This document shows, piece by piece, positions 55,801 to 64,000 of a DNA stretch of 64,000 nucleotides. This DNA comes from a virus: the IMG/VR virus record IMGVR_UViG_3300020429_000529, positions 32,001 to 96,000 of that record; one strand, given 5' to 3'. Positions within the stretch are counted from its first letter, which is position 1; each line of letters opens with the position of its first letter. Position numbers and translations under genes: made by a program. The notes beneath the pieces were generated by a model. It saw only the letters and a list, made by a program, of their open reading frames with translations, was not told the DNA's origin and ran no database searches.

Positions 55801-58800
55801 ATTTGATAGCGCTCTAATTTCCGGTATAGGCCTCGCTTCAACTCAGCTTAGTTCGCAGGCCACAACAAATCAGAGCGCAAGCTTTCCTGATGCATCTGGT
55901 AATGTTGTTCTTGCTCTTTCAAATCCGACTGAAGCCGGACAGTTTTTTGTTGCTTTCGACAGTTCTAATACGGTTGGCGAATGGAAATCAATAGAGATTT
56001 CTGACCTGCCAGACATTGATCTCGATGATCTTGCGGATGTTGATGCTCCGAGCCCGACTGATGGATATGTTCTGACCTACGTTGGTGGATCGATCAACTC
56101 CTGGCAAGCCCAACCGTTGCCATCTGATGCGGTTGGCATCTTGAGTCTCAATAGTCAAACTGGTTCTTCGCAAACATTCAGCGAATCCAATGACACAAAT
56201 GTCACTATTTCCATCTCTTCGTCTTCAAATGACCATGAGTTTGCGATGGGCTGGAATGGGCAGCTTGCTATTGTTCGAGGCGGTACTGGCGCATCGAGCC
56301 AGCAAGGAGCCATCAATAACCTTGCTGGTTTTACGACCCGAGGCGATTTGCTTGTTGAGGATTCGAGCGGAGACGCAAGCCGTTTGGCTCTTGGGGCAAG
56401 CGGCACAGTCCTCTACTCTGATGGTAGCGACCCAACATGGACGGCGCTAACAACCGACGAGGTTTCAGAGGGGAGCAACCTTTACTTCACGGAAGAAAGG
56501 GTCGATGATCGAGTCGCTGCCTTGATTCAAGATGGTATCGGTCTAACCTGGACATATACGGACGGATCTAACACGCTCGTTGGAGATGTTTCTCTTTCTC
56601 CGTTTGATACGGGAGATTTGGCCGAAGGCAGCAATCTCTACTTCACAAACGAAAGAGTTGACGATCGAGTTGCTGCCCTTATTCAGGATGGAACTGGTCT
56701 TTCATGGACATATGTTGACGGTTCTGATACTCTCACGGGTAATGTTTCTTTGGCTCCGTTCGATACAGACGATCTCTCCGAGGGATCGACAAATCTGTAT
56801 TGGACAGATGTCAGGTTTGATGAGTCGTTTGCAGAGGCGATCGGTAATACGCTTCTGACTGAGCTTCTTGATGTCAATACGCCGACCCCTGCGGACGGCT
56901 ATGTCTTGACGTATGTCGGCGGTTCAATTGATGAGTGGAGAGCCCTTCCTCTTCCGTCTGACTCTGTTGGCATTCAGAGTATCAACGGACAGACTGGCTC
57001 AATACAGACGTTCTCTGATTCTGATGATACAAATGTAACTCTGACGATTACGTCATCCGCAAACGATCATGAGTTTGCTCTTGGATGGACGGGCGATCTG
57101 TCTGTTTCTCGCGGCGGAACCGGACTATCAACGCTTACAGACGGCGCTGTTTTGGTCGGTAACGGAACATCTGCTGTCCAGTCGGTTGCCATGGGCGCGG
57201 GAGAAGTCCTGATTGGCAATGGCGCTGGATCAGATCCATCATCCGCTGAGTTGATTGAAGGAACGGGCATATCGATAACTTCTGGCGCTGGTAGCATTGA
57301 GATATCTACCAACGATTCAGAAATCGATCATGGCTCCTTGGCGGGTCTGAGCGATGACGATCATAGCCAATATATCCACGACAGCCCATCGTCGAGCGCG
57401 AGGAACCTCATCGGCGCTCTTGGTACAACTGTAACTCCTTTGACGCTCAGAGGGGCTCCTGGTCATACTGCCGATATGCTCGTCATCGAGAATAGCGGCG
57501 GAACCGATCTTGCGACATTCAGTTCCGCAGGAGCTTTGACTCTTTCTAATGCGAGCGGTCATATCAACTTGGAGACCGATAGTCAGTCGATCCGCATTGG
57601 CAACACTACAGGCCTTAGCGGAGCGGCAATCTATTCAGTTGGAGACGGTAGTGCAAGAAGTTTTGTTCTTGACTATTACGGAACAACTGGTACTGCTTCT
57701 CCTGAGATAATTCTTCGACGAGCAAGGGGCTCAGCTTCATCTCCTGGAAATCTTTCAACTGTTGGAGATGATCTTGGGGCTATCAGTTGGTTTGGGTACA
57801 ATTCTTCTGCAGGCTCATTTGTTTCGACTGCCAGGATTATAGCTGAGACAACTCAGTCGTTTGCAGCTAATGCAGCAGGAACAAAGCTTGAGTTCCAGAC
57901 TCTTGATGAAAGCATTCCTGGTTCTCCCTCGACGAAGCTGAGACTCAGCACAGAGGGCGTTAGGGCAATAGACAGGCTGTACCTATCTGCTGTTTCTGAA
58001 GTTACTTCAACCGATTACGTTCTTGCGTATGATGATGTAACGGATGAAGTTTCAATGATCGCTTTTGATATTGCAGCATTGAGTGATATCAACACGACCG
58101 GCGCAGATGATGGCGATATTCTTGTCTATGAGGGCGGTTCGGTCGATCAATGGCGACCATATACGATTCCTGGCAACGATGGAAACCTTCTGTATCGAGA
58201 CCAGTCTCGCATAGGCGCTCTTCCTCGGGTAAACTGGGATGATGCAGAACAAGCTCTTATTGTCGGCGTTCAGTCAACCGCAGAGAATGCGGCCACGACA
58301 GATTCGTTGCTTGAGTTCATCGGTAACAGTACCAAGCAGGCTGATGTTTGCTTCACGCAGGTTAGCGGCGATGCCACAGCAGGCGGTTTGGTCTTCTGGA
58401 AGGCCAGAGGCTCTCTGAATGCCCTTGCAAACGTCCAAGACAATGACCGTCTTGGCGAGTTCTTCTTTTACGGTCAGACTGGTATCGGATCTAACAATGG
58501 ATTCGGTATTGGCGGATCGATCACGATGGATGTTGATGGCACGCCTACTGGCAGCGCTGCTTTTGTTCCTTCAACATTGAGCATCAACGTATCGAATGGA
58601 TCAACCATCGCTACAATGATGCAGGTTGTCAACAACTCTCATACTGCTTTTCTCTCGGATATTCGAGTTCTCAATCAGAATGCTGTTCGTTTCTATGAAA
58701 CAGGCTCGGCAAACTATATTGAGTTCCAAGCCGCAGGGACAATGGCAGGAAACATCACATACACTTGGCCTGATGCTGATGGATCTGCGACCGACTATCT

Positions 58801-60415
58801 GTCTACAAATGGCGGCGGTGTGCTTTCTTGGAGCGATGCGACTGGTTTGCTGGATTCTCATGGGGCCAACAGAGCCGTCCATGTCAATAGCTCAAACAAC
58901 GGACTAACTTCTGCTTCTGCTGTTACCATTAGCGGAAACGAGATCACGCTTGGTAACTCTGGTACCCAGGGCGAAATCTACATTGTCTCTGGCGGTAGCG
59001 GAGGTGTTGCTTTCCAAGAGCTTCCGTTCCAGGGCGATCACGTTGCCAAGATTGTTTCTGAGTCATCGTATTCTGCCGACTTTGAACTAACGCTTCCTGG
59101 TATTACAGGAACGTTCATGATGCTCGAAGGAACGCAGACGGTTTCTGGCGATAAGACATTTGAGAGCGGCACATTTAATCTCGCGGGGTCATCTTCGGGC
59201 GTTGCAACGCTAACATATGCAGCAACAGCAACGGATCGTAGCTACATTGTCCCTGTAACGACGACTAACAGTCAGACGCTCGTCATTGCTGAGACAGAGA
59301 CAGATTCATCTTATGCCCTGTTCGCAACTGCAACGTCAGGTTCTCCTGAGTATCGAGCAATCACAACAGCAGATATTGAGGACTTCAGTCTTGGTTCTGC
59401 TGAGGACAACTCGTATCTTCGCTATGTCGGAGGGTCTCAGAACGAATGGATCAGCGACGTTATTCCTGGCGTCAATGGAAACATCTTCTACAACAACGAT
59501 GGCATCTTTGGTGCCGTCTCGGAAATGAACTGGGATGAAGCGAATGAGGCGCTGATTCTTGGATCGGGACTATCAAAGCAGTTTTCAACTCTTCCTGGTT
59601 TGAATTTTGAGATTGCTGGCGAGGGCAGCGGTGTTACGGGTATGAACATTTCGACAAGCGGAACAACTGCTGCTCCGCTATTCGTGATGTCAAGGTCGAG
59701 AGGTACTCTTTCGGCTCAGACTAATGTATCCACCAGCGATTATCTTGGTCAGAGCGTTTACTACGGGTACAATAGCTCTGCGGGAACTGGCTACGCTCTT
59801 TCTGCCTTACTTGAGATACGAGTTGACAACTTTACCTCTGCAACGACTTATCTTCCGGCTCGATTTGAATTCCGAGTAGGAAACTCGACGGGAACGTCGC
59901 TATTAACACCATTGATCGTCAATGGAGACGGATTGAGCGTTTCTGGCGATGTTCTGGCTTCCGGAAATGTTGTGATATCTGGCGACCTTACGGTTCAGGG
60001 CACAACGACCACCATTGATACTCAGAACCTCATCGTCGAGGACAACTTCATTGTTGTCAACAGCATGGGCATTGTTCAAAATGCTGGTATTGAAGTCGAT
60101 CGAGGTCATGCCGGATCTGGTAACAACGCATTTCTGCTTTTCGATGAAGATGCCGATGAATGGTATGTAGACAACAGCCAGGGAACTTGGCAGATTGCCA
60201 GGAAGCTTTCCGCTACGATCACGGGAACAGGAGGAGACTCAACCTTTACAGTTACTCACGGCATGAACACAACGGATGTAGTTGTTCAGGTTTACAACTC
60301 AAGCGGTGTTCAGGTTTCAGTTCAGATTACGGCTTCTGACCCTGATGAGGTAGACATAACTTTCAAAACTGCCCCAGCGCCAGCAGTAACATACCAGGTG
60401 GTGGTTGTAGGATAA
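52880..60415 (+). CDS. Giant tail fibre/adhesin-like protein (2511 aa)
   Basis: Modular repeats (DHxxLxxLxxDDHxQY, DGxxLxYVGGSxxxW, EGSNLYFT); C-terminal FTVTHGMNTTDVVVQVY domain. Confidence 0.85.
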   Translation: MPFTDESQIKVAFKKLIGRAHTTNDKEFFNEAKFSQISIFAFEVFGQEIPSDPQAAVDAGLVEYVEADLVLDGTSNGKSYVARFPAGYNGYFGSGVAGSDIGPIASAIPASINSSLVDSGHTGGFAPGLYDNGVLVPATSTEDWVFDPVAMIVTSEDDLSLASTGTLQIYLYIGDTVQDHINNTNNPHEVALADLIDLNISGSMAPDDGDLLIFVGGSLNEWQTIPSSSVGVTDHGDLTGLSDDDHTQYVTNSPALDARNVIQPTSSPRRALRIMSSSDGPGTWDFFDVTEAGGTQLMRFENDSGDYSLYFENGLATIFDTNTYFNNFVALTDSNDTPTRAVRLAAPTTLANIAGYTITLPTTVGDAGEILIVVDGSSIESELGWGRLSINDLVDVVIGEGLQDGYILQYVGGSIDEWQAVNPGGIGGGVTDHGALDGLSDDDHTQYVVKTPGSSTRNRIQPTSNYTALSLKAFSASSGPLFLITDTSDQSLFQVDQSTGNISFGGATSSNQTLLATNASGTQKTATFPDVTGQVMMTTATQTVTGTTIFTSLDLAVQGGGAFSTFFRGTATTTQIIDIPDESGTLVLAGALPAGAGQFLRSTGASYLASWESLSLEDLPDISLDDLSDVIGTGANDGDVLVYVGGSLNYWEPQAIDNIDNIAPADASYITAVTESSLPQSRLLVQGTGIQILDSGGGSNLVIASNDSEIDHSALLNLTQDDHTQYVITSPSSSARNLVTASSSTVIPLTLRGAASHSVNLFVVENSAGTDLVYVESSGNLVARGSIKGGGSAGTADSVAFILDNSGLGGGPRTFTFPNTAGQIMTINSSQTITGTKTFTLADLRFTGSSSSHGWIFATSKTSGGFDNLNVPGITTGDVTMLITENVSVTAGEVAVAASTTVGAVDFRPLAFSDLPDISLDDLSDVIGTGASDGDILVYVGGSLNYWEPSAFSDLLPDNIVYTEGFQDIPGSKRFDSALISGIGLASTQLSSQATTNQSASFPDASGNVVLALSNPTEAGQFFVAFDSSNTVGEWKSIEISDLPDIDLDDLADVDAPSPTDGYVLTYVGGSINSWQAQPLPSDAVGILSLNSQTGSSQTFSESNDTNVTISISSSSNDHEFAMGWNGQLAIVRGGTGASSQQGAINNLAGFTTRGDLLVEDSSGDASRLALGASGTVLYSDGSDPTWTALTTDEVSEGSNLYFTEERVDDRVAALIQDGIGLTWTYTDGSNTLVGDVSLSPFDTGDLAEGSNLYFTNERVDDRVAALIQDGTGLSWTYVDGSDTLTGNVSLAPFDTDDLSEGSTNLYWTDVRFDESFAEAIGNTLLTELLDVNTPTPADGYVLTYVGGSIDEWRALPLPSDSVGIQSINGQTGSIQTFSDSDDTNVTLTITSSANDHEFALGWTGDLSVSRGGTGLSTLTDGAVLVGNGTSAVQSVAMGAGEVLIGNGAGSDPSSAELIEGTGISITSGAGSIEISTNDSEIDHGSLAGLSDDDHSQYIHDSPSSSARNLIGALGTTVTPLTLRGAPGHTADMLVIENSGGTDLATFSSAGALTLSNASGHINLETDSQSIRIGNTTGLSGAAIYSVGDGSARSFVLDYYGTTGTASPEIILRRARGSASSPGNLSTVGDDLGAISWFGYNSSAGSFVSTARIIAETTQSFAANAAGTKLEFQTLDESIPGSPSTKLRLSTEGVRAIDRLYLSAVSEVTSTDYVLAYDDVTDEVSMIAFDIAALSDINTTGADDGDILVYEGGSVDQWRPYTIPGNDGNLLYRDQSRIGALPRVNWDDAEQALIVGVQSTAENAATTDSLLEFIGNSTKQADVCFTQVSGDATAGGLVFWKARGSLNALANVQDNDRLGEFFFYGQTGIGSNNGFGIGGSITMDVDGTPTGSAAFVPSTLSINVSNGSTIATMMQVVNNSHTAFLSDIRVLNQNAVRFYETGSANYIEFQAAGTMAGNITYTWPDADGSATDYLSTNGGGVLSWSDATGLLDSHGANRAVHVNSSNNGLTSASAVTISGNEITLGNSGTQGEIYIVSGGSGGVAFQELPFQGDHVAKIVSESSYSADFELTLPGITGTFMMLEGTQTVSGDKTFESGTFNLAGSSSGVATLTYAATATDRSYIVPVTTTNSQTLVIAETETDSSYALFATATSGSPEYRAITTADIEDFSLGSAEDNSYLRYVGGSQNEWISDVIPGVNGNIFYNNDGIFGAVSEMNWDEANEALILGSGLSKQFSTLPGLNFEIAGEGSGVTGMNISTSGTTAAPLFVMSRSRGTLSAQTNVSTSDYLGQSVYYGYNSSAGTGYALSALLEIRVDNFTSATTYLPARFEFRVGNSTGTSLLTPLIVNGDGLSVSGDVLASGNVVISGDLTVQGTTTTIDTQNLIVEDNFIVVNSMGIVQNAGIEVDRGHAGSGNNAFLLFDEDADEWYVDNSQGTWQIARKLSATITGTGGDSTFTVTHGMNTTDVVVQVYNSSGVQVSVQITASDPDEVDITFKTAPAPAVTYQVVVVG
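53576..57376 (+). repeat. Four DHxxLxxLxxDDHxQY repeats
   Basis: TDHGDLTGLSDDDHTQY, TDHGALDGLSDDDHTQY, IDHSALLNLTQDDHTQY, IDHGSLAGLSDDDHSQY. Confidence 0.85.
56450..56820 (+). repeat. Tandem ~53-aa EGSNLYFTxERVDDRVAALIQDG repeats (2 full plus 1 partial)
   Basis: Visible in translation; boundaries approximate. Confidence 0.85.
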
Positions 60416-60418
60416 TCG

Positions 60419-63400
60419 ATGAGCAGACAGTTCTTCAATGAGATTGAGTTTGGCGAAACGGATCAGCTTGTGACCTATGGGTCAGGCTCTCCCGAAAGCT
60501 CTGTTTCTGCGCCCGTAGGAAGCATCTATCTTCGCAGCGATGGAGCCTCTGGCTCTGCTGTTTACGTCAAGACTTCGGGCACGGGCAACACAGGCTGGGA
60601 AGCTGTTGTAGATGCTGGTTCAACGATTGATGGCAGCGGCGGAGCTAACCGAGTTGCATATTGGTCGGATGCTGATACTTTAACAAGTAATGCGAATTTC
60701 ACGTTCAGCAGCGGCAATCTCTCTGTTCCAGGCGATGTCATCATTGATTCTCATCTCCTTGCATCAACAAGGCTTCAGAGCAGCGCTACGGTTTCTCCAA
60801 AAACGCTCACGTTTCCTGATGTAACGGGCAATGTTGTTGCGTCTACGGACACTCCGTCTGAGGTCGGTTACTTCCTGCGATCAACGTCATCTGGCGATGC
60901 TATTGGCTCCTGGGTCGCCCTCGACCCTAATGACATTCCTGACTTGACGCTCGACTTCCTCGTTGATGTTGATGCGGCGAATGCCACAGACGGCGATATA
61001 CTTCAGTACGTTGGCGGTTCGTTGAACTATTGGACAACGGTCCCTGCTTCGAGCATTGGCGGCGGTATCTCTGGTAGCGGAACAGAGGACGAGATTGCCA
61101 TTTGGGGTCCGAGCGACACTCTTATTGGGGATTCCAATCTAACCTATGACGGCAGCGTGATAACGCTCGGCGGCGGCGACGATTTTCTCGCTACAAGCAC
61201 CGGCTCCATTGTAACGCTTGGTCGTTCAAGCCTTGATACTGGCGTTCAGATTAGCGGAACAGGCGGAAGCGGTTCCTCGAACCTATGGAGAAGCTACACC
61301 TACAAGAGCTTCAACTCTACCTCTCGAAGTATACTTCAGTTCTACGCCTCAAGAGGATCTGGTCCTGGTTCTGAATCAACGATTACAAGCGGCGATTACC
61401 TCGGTTCTTTGGAGTGGTACGGTGTCAACACTGGCAGTACGTTTACCAATACCGCAGAGATCAGAGTTACCGCTTCTGAAAACTGGTCTGGATCGGCAGC
61501 GGGTTCGAGAATGGGGTTCTTTACCCTCAATGATTCTGTTGCTGCTTCTCCTTCTGAGCGACTAAGGATATCGACGGAAGGTATAAGATCGTTTGTTGAT
61601 GTGTATGCCAATGCTGATGTTTTCTTGCCCAATATCAGCAACACCGAAACCTCTTACGTTGTCTACTTCAACGATTCAACAGGCGAGATAACATACGGAG
61701 ATGCTCCGTCTGGCGGCGGTGCTGTTGAGCTTAATGAGCTTCTTGACGTTAGTGTTGGCGATGCAACTGATGACGATGTTCTTGCATATGTTGGCGGTTC
61801 GGTAGGCGGATGGTTCCCGTTTGACGGGTATATCACAAAGACACCTGATACCTCGACTCGTAACCGCATTACTCCTGTTGGAAGCACAACTGCTCTTGAT
61901 ATCAGGATGCCATCTGGCAATACTGCAAATCCGTTGATAATAACTGAAGGTTCTTCAAGTCTCTTTGCTGTTACAGATGACGGTTATGCAGTTACCTATG
62001 GCGGTTTCATAATCAATCAGACAAGCGGAGCGACCAGACTAAGCTGGGCTGGTAACGTTCTTGGAGCAACTTACTCTTATATTGAATCGACGCAACCATC
62101 GTTCAATCGAACAGCAGGCTATATCCTGCTTTCTGCTGGTTCTGCTGATGCTGGCTATCTTGATGTTTCGGGCAGCACAGCAGCGGGTGGTCATCTTGAT
62201 CTGTCGGGCGGATCTGCTTCCGGCGCATCCGCCGGATCTATCGATCTATCCGGAGGATCTGCCGCATCTGCTGCTGGCGGATCTATTACCTCGACTGGCG
62301 ATTCGAGCGGCGGTTCGGGAGCTTCGATAATTGGTTCTGCTTCGTCAGGTTTTTCTGGCGGCGCAATCATAACTTCAGCGGGTACAGGCGGCGCAGGAGG
62401 CGTCATTGCTACGTCGGGTGGCACAAGCGGCGCGGGCGGCACTATTCTGACCAATGATGGCGGCGGTAACATCATCACCAATAGCTCGGTTTCGAGCTAC
62501 ATCGGGTTTGGTCCATCTGGTAACAGAATTACACTCAGGACTTTGAATCCTGCATCTGATCACACTCAAACTCTTCCCGAGACATCTGGTTATGTCCTCG
62601 TAGATCCTGATTCAACAACTGTTGCGGGTCGGGCGGCTTTTTCAACTGCGGTTGAGGGCGTCATCGAGATGCGAGATATCGAGTTTGGAGATATCTCGGG
62701 CATCAATGTTGATGGATCGTTTGTTCCTAACGATGGCGACTATCTGCAATACTTTGGCGGTTCGATCGACGAATGGCGATCGACTCCAACTCTTGAGTTT
62801 GAGAGGATTGTTGTAGATGAAGTTTCTGTGCCAACGAATACTAACTTTCATCCGATTGTTGGAATCGATGAAGATGGACGGCTGATTCGTTCTCAGAATA
62901 CTGCAAGCGCTGATTCTGTCGCTTACATATTCTCTACTGGCGGTTTGGGAGTTCAATCAGACAACAGCCTTGGCGCAATTACTCTTACAGGGTACGGCGG
63001 CTCGTTTGATGAGCTTGGCGGCGGAGCTATTGTTTGGCAGAGAGGATATGGCTCTGCTGCTTCGCCGTCTACAGTCTCAAAGGGTCCATTCTTCATCTTC
63101 ACTGATGGTCGAGGAACGGCTCAGGGCAGTTCTCTCGGATTCTTCCAGGCGCAAGGTTACAACGGAACAACATGGGCGAACGCTGCTTGGCTTGGAGCGT
63201 TTGTTGACCAAGAGTCGCCGAATCCTATTGGTTCAGCTACAAACCAGATGCCGGGTCGTTGGGTCTTCATGACAAGCGCGGGAGACGGAACCGAGCCCTT
63301 CCCCTCGCCTGCTCTGATTGTCAAGTCAAACAAAAATGTTGAAATCTCTCGCGGTAACTTGCAGCTATTCAGCGGCAACGGTATCGAGCTTTGGGATTCG

Positions 63401-64000
63401 GCTAATGCTGGTCACATACTTATCAGGCCGCCAACCTCGGTCACGGGCGATGGCAGCGAGTCGCAGCTTATTCTGACGCTTCCCAATACTGGCGGTCAGC
63501 CCGATCAGGCACTTCTGACGGACGGTACTGGTGTTCTTCGATGGGGCGATGTTTCTTCGAGCGGAGAAGGAACAGGTCACTTCTCTGTATCCGTTGATCT
63601 CGATGATGATGGAGTCTCGTTCAATACAACAGGAACAGATAGATCTAACATCTTTGATAGCGATAACTGGACTGCCTATAGCTCGACAACTCACTCAAGC
63701 TCTGATGTGACCTATACTGCATCTACAGGTATATTTACCGTTGAGAAGGATGGTATTTTTGCCATGTCCGTTGTTCTGTCTATGACAAGCAATCAGACAG
63801 GATCAGTCTTTGCTGTTGAGATTGATATCAACGGAACCACGGAAAACTCGATCAACCACATGGTCTATTCGACCGTTCTTTCGCCGATGGTCGCCAATGT
63901 TGAGATCATCAAAGAGCTTACTGAAGGCGATGAGATTGAGTTCTATATCCATCTTCAGTCTCCGACTTCAACAAATGTTACTGGCACTGTTCTTGCAGGA
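60419..64000 (+). CDS. Second giant tail fibre protein, partial (>1190 aa; absent from ORF track)
   Basis: ATG 60419: MSRQFFNEIEF..GSGSPESSVSAPVGSIYLRSDG..VYVKTSGTGNTGW; YVGGS repeats; C1q/TNF-like segment near the end (TGIFTVEKDGIF..LTEGDEIEFY). Confidence 0.85.
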   Translation, partial: MSRQFFNEIEFGETDQLVTYGSGSPESSVSAPVGSIYLRSDGASGSAVYVKTSGTGNTGWEAVVDAGSTIDGSGGANRVAYWSDADTLTSNANFTFSSGNLSVPGDVIIDSHLLASTRLQSSATVSPKTLTFPDVTGNVVASTDTPSEVGYFLRSTSSGDAIGSWVALDPNDIPDLTLDFLVDVDAANATDGDILQYVGGSLNYWTTVPASSIGGGISGSGTEDEIAIWGPSDTLIGDSNLTYDGSVITLGGGDDFLATSTGSIVTLGRSSLDTGVQISGTGGSGSSNLWRSYTYKSFNSTSRSILQFYASRGSGPGSESTITSGDYLGSLEWYGVNTGSTFTNTAEIRVTASENWSGSAAGSRMGFFTLNDSVAASPSERLRISTEGIRSFVDVYANADVFLPNISNTETSYVVYFNDSTGEITYGDAPSGGGAVELNELLDVSVGDATDDDVLAYVGGSVGGWFPFDGYITKTPDTSTRNRITPVGSTTALDIRMPSGNTANPLIITEGSSSLFAVTDDGYAVTYGGFIINQTSGATRLSWAGNVLGATYSYIESTQPSFNRTAGYILLSAGSADAGYLDVSGSTAAGGHLDLSGGSASGASAGSIDLSGGSAASAAGGSITSTGDSSGGSGASIIGSASSGFSGGAIITSAGTGGAGGVIATSGGTSGAGGTILTNDGGGNIITNSSVSSYIGFGPSGNRITLRTLNPASDHTQTLPETSGYVLVDPDSTTVAGRAAFSTAVEGVIEMRDIEFGDISGINVDGSFVPNDGDYLQYFGGSIDEWRSTPTLEFERIVVDEVSVPTNTNFHPIVGIDEDGRLIRSQNTASADSVAYIFSTGGLGVQSDNSLGAITLTGYGGSFDELGGGAIVWQRGYGSAASPSTVSKGPFFIFTDGRGTAQGSSLGFFQAQGYNGTTWANAAWLGAFVDQESPNPIGSATNQMPGRWVFMTSAGDGTEPFPSPALIVKSNKNVEISRGNLQLFSGNGIELWDSANAGHILIRPPTSVTGDGSESQLILTLPNTGGQPDQALLTDGTGVLRWGDVSSSGEGTGHFSVSVDLDDDGVSFNTTGTDRSNIFDSDNWTAYSSTTHSSSDVTYTASTGIFTVEKDGIFAMSVVLSMTSNQTGSVFAVEIDINGTTENSINHMVYSTVLSPMVANVEIIKELTEGDEIEFYIHLQSPTSTNVTGTVLAG

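Larger units (their letters stand above)
53500..62775 (+). repeat. At least 11 dispersed DGxxLxYVGGSxxxW linker repeats across two fibre genes
   Basis: 8 copies in 52880-60415 and 3 in the 60419 gene; boundaries approximate. Confidence 0.85.

Noticed and set aside
1-64000. CRISPR array, tRNA genes, stop-codon reassignment
   Set aside because: No regularly spaced repeats or cloverleafs noticed by eye; genes are intact and densely packed under the standard code with TAA, TAG and TGA all used as stops

Overview
64 kb of a large tailed dsDNA phage genome (jumbo-phage-like, standard genetic code, no tRNA or CRISPR seen). The left ~20 kb is an accessory and metabolic block: ThyX, DEDDh exonuclease, lysozyme, FliA/WhiG-type sigma factor, macro domain, HNH, two DUF115-like proteins, DHH phosphoesterase, class II RNR, dUTPase and a TIGR03790-like protein. 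From ~20.9 kb comes the head module: an intein-containing terminase, about 15 uncharacterised genes, a portal-like protein with a C-terminal DUF559 nuclease, a 1946-aa protease/scaffold, a decoration protein and an HK97-type major capsid protein. Glycosyltransferases, a subtilase and giant repeat-built tail-fibre proteins follow; the last runs off the window. The most notable signals are: (i) a shared N-terminal (N)WY/FN tag plus [K/R]-x-A|[Q/S/A/G] motif, inferred to be a capsid-addressing and protease-cleavage code, also present on dispersed enzyme genes; (ii) a recurrent AAGG-N15-xxCGA[A/T] promoter, several copies set up for leaderless translation; (iii) a probable -1 frameshift at an A9 run (33579-33587); (iv) nested promoters and starts inside the protease/scaffold gene; (v) portal-DUF559 and DUF192-WYL fusions; (vi) a ~300-nt structured ncRNA candidate. 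All family calls come from reading motifs by eye; no database search was run.
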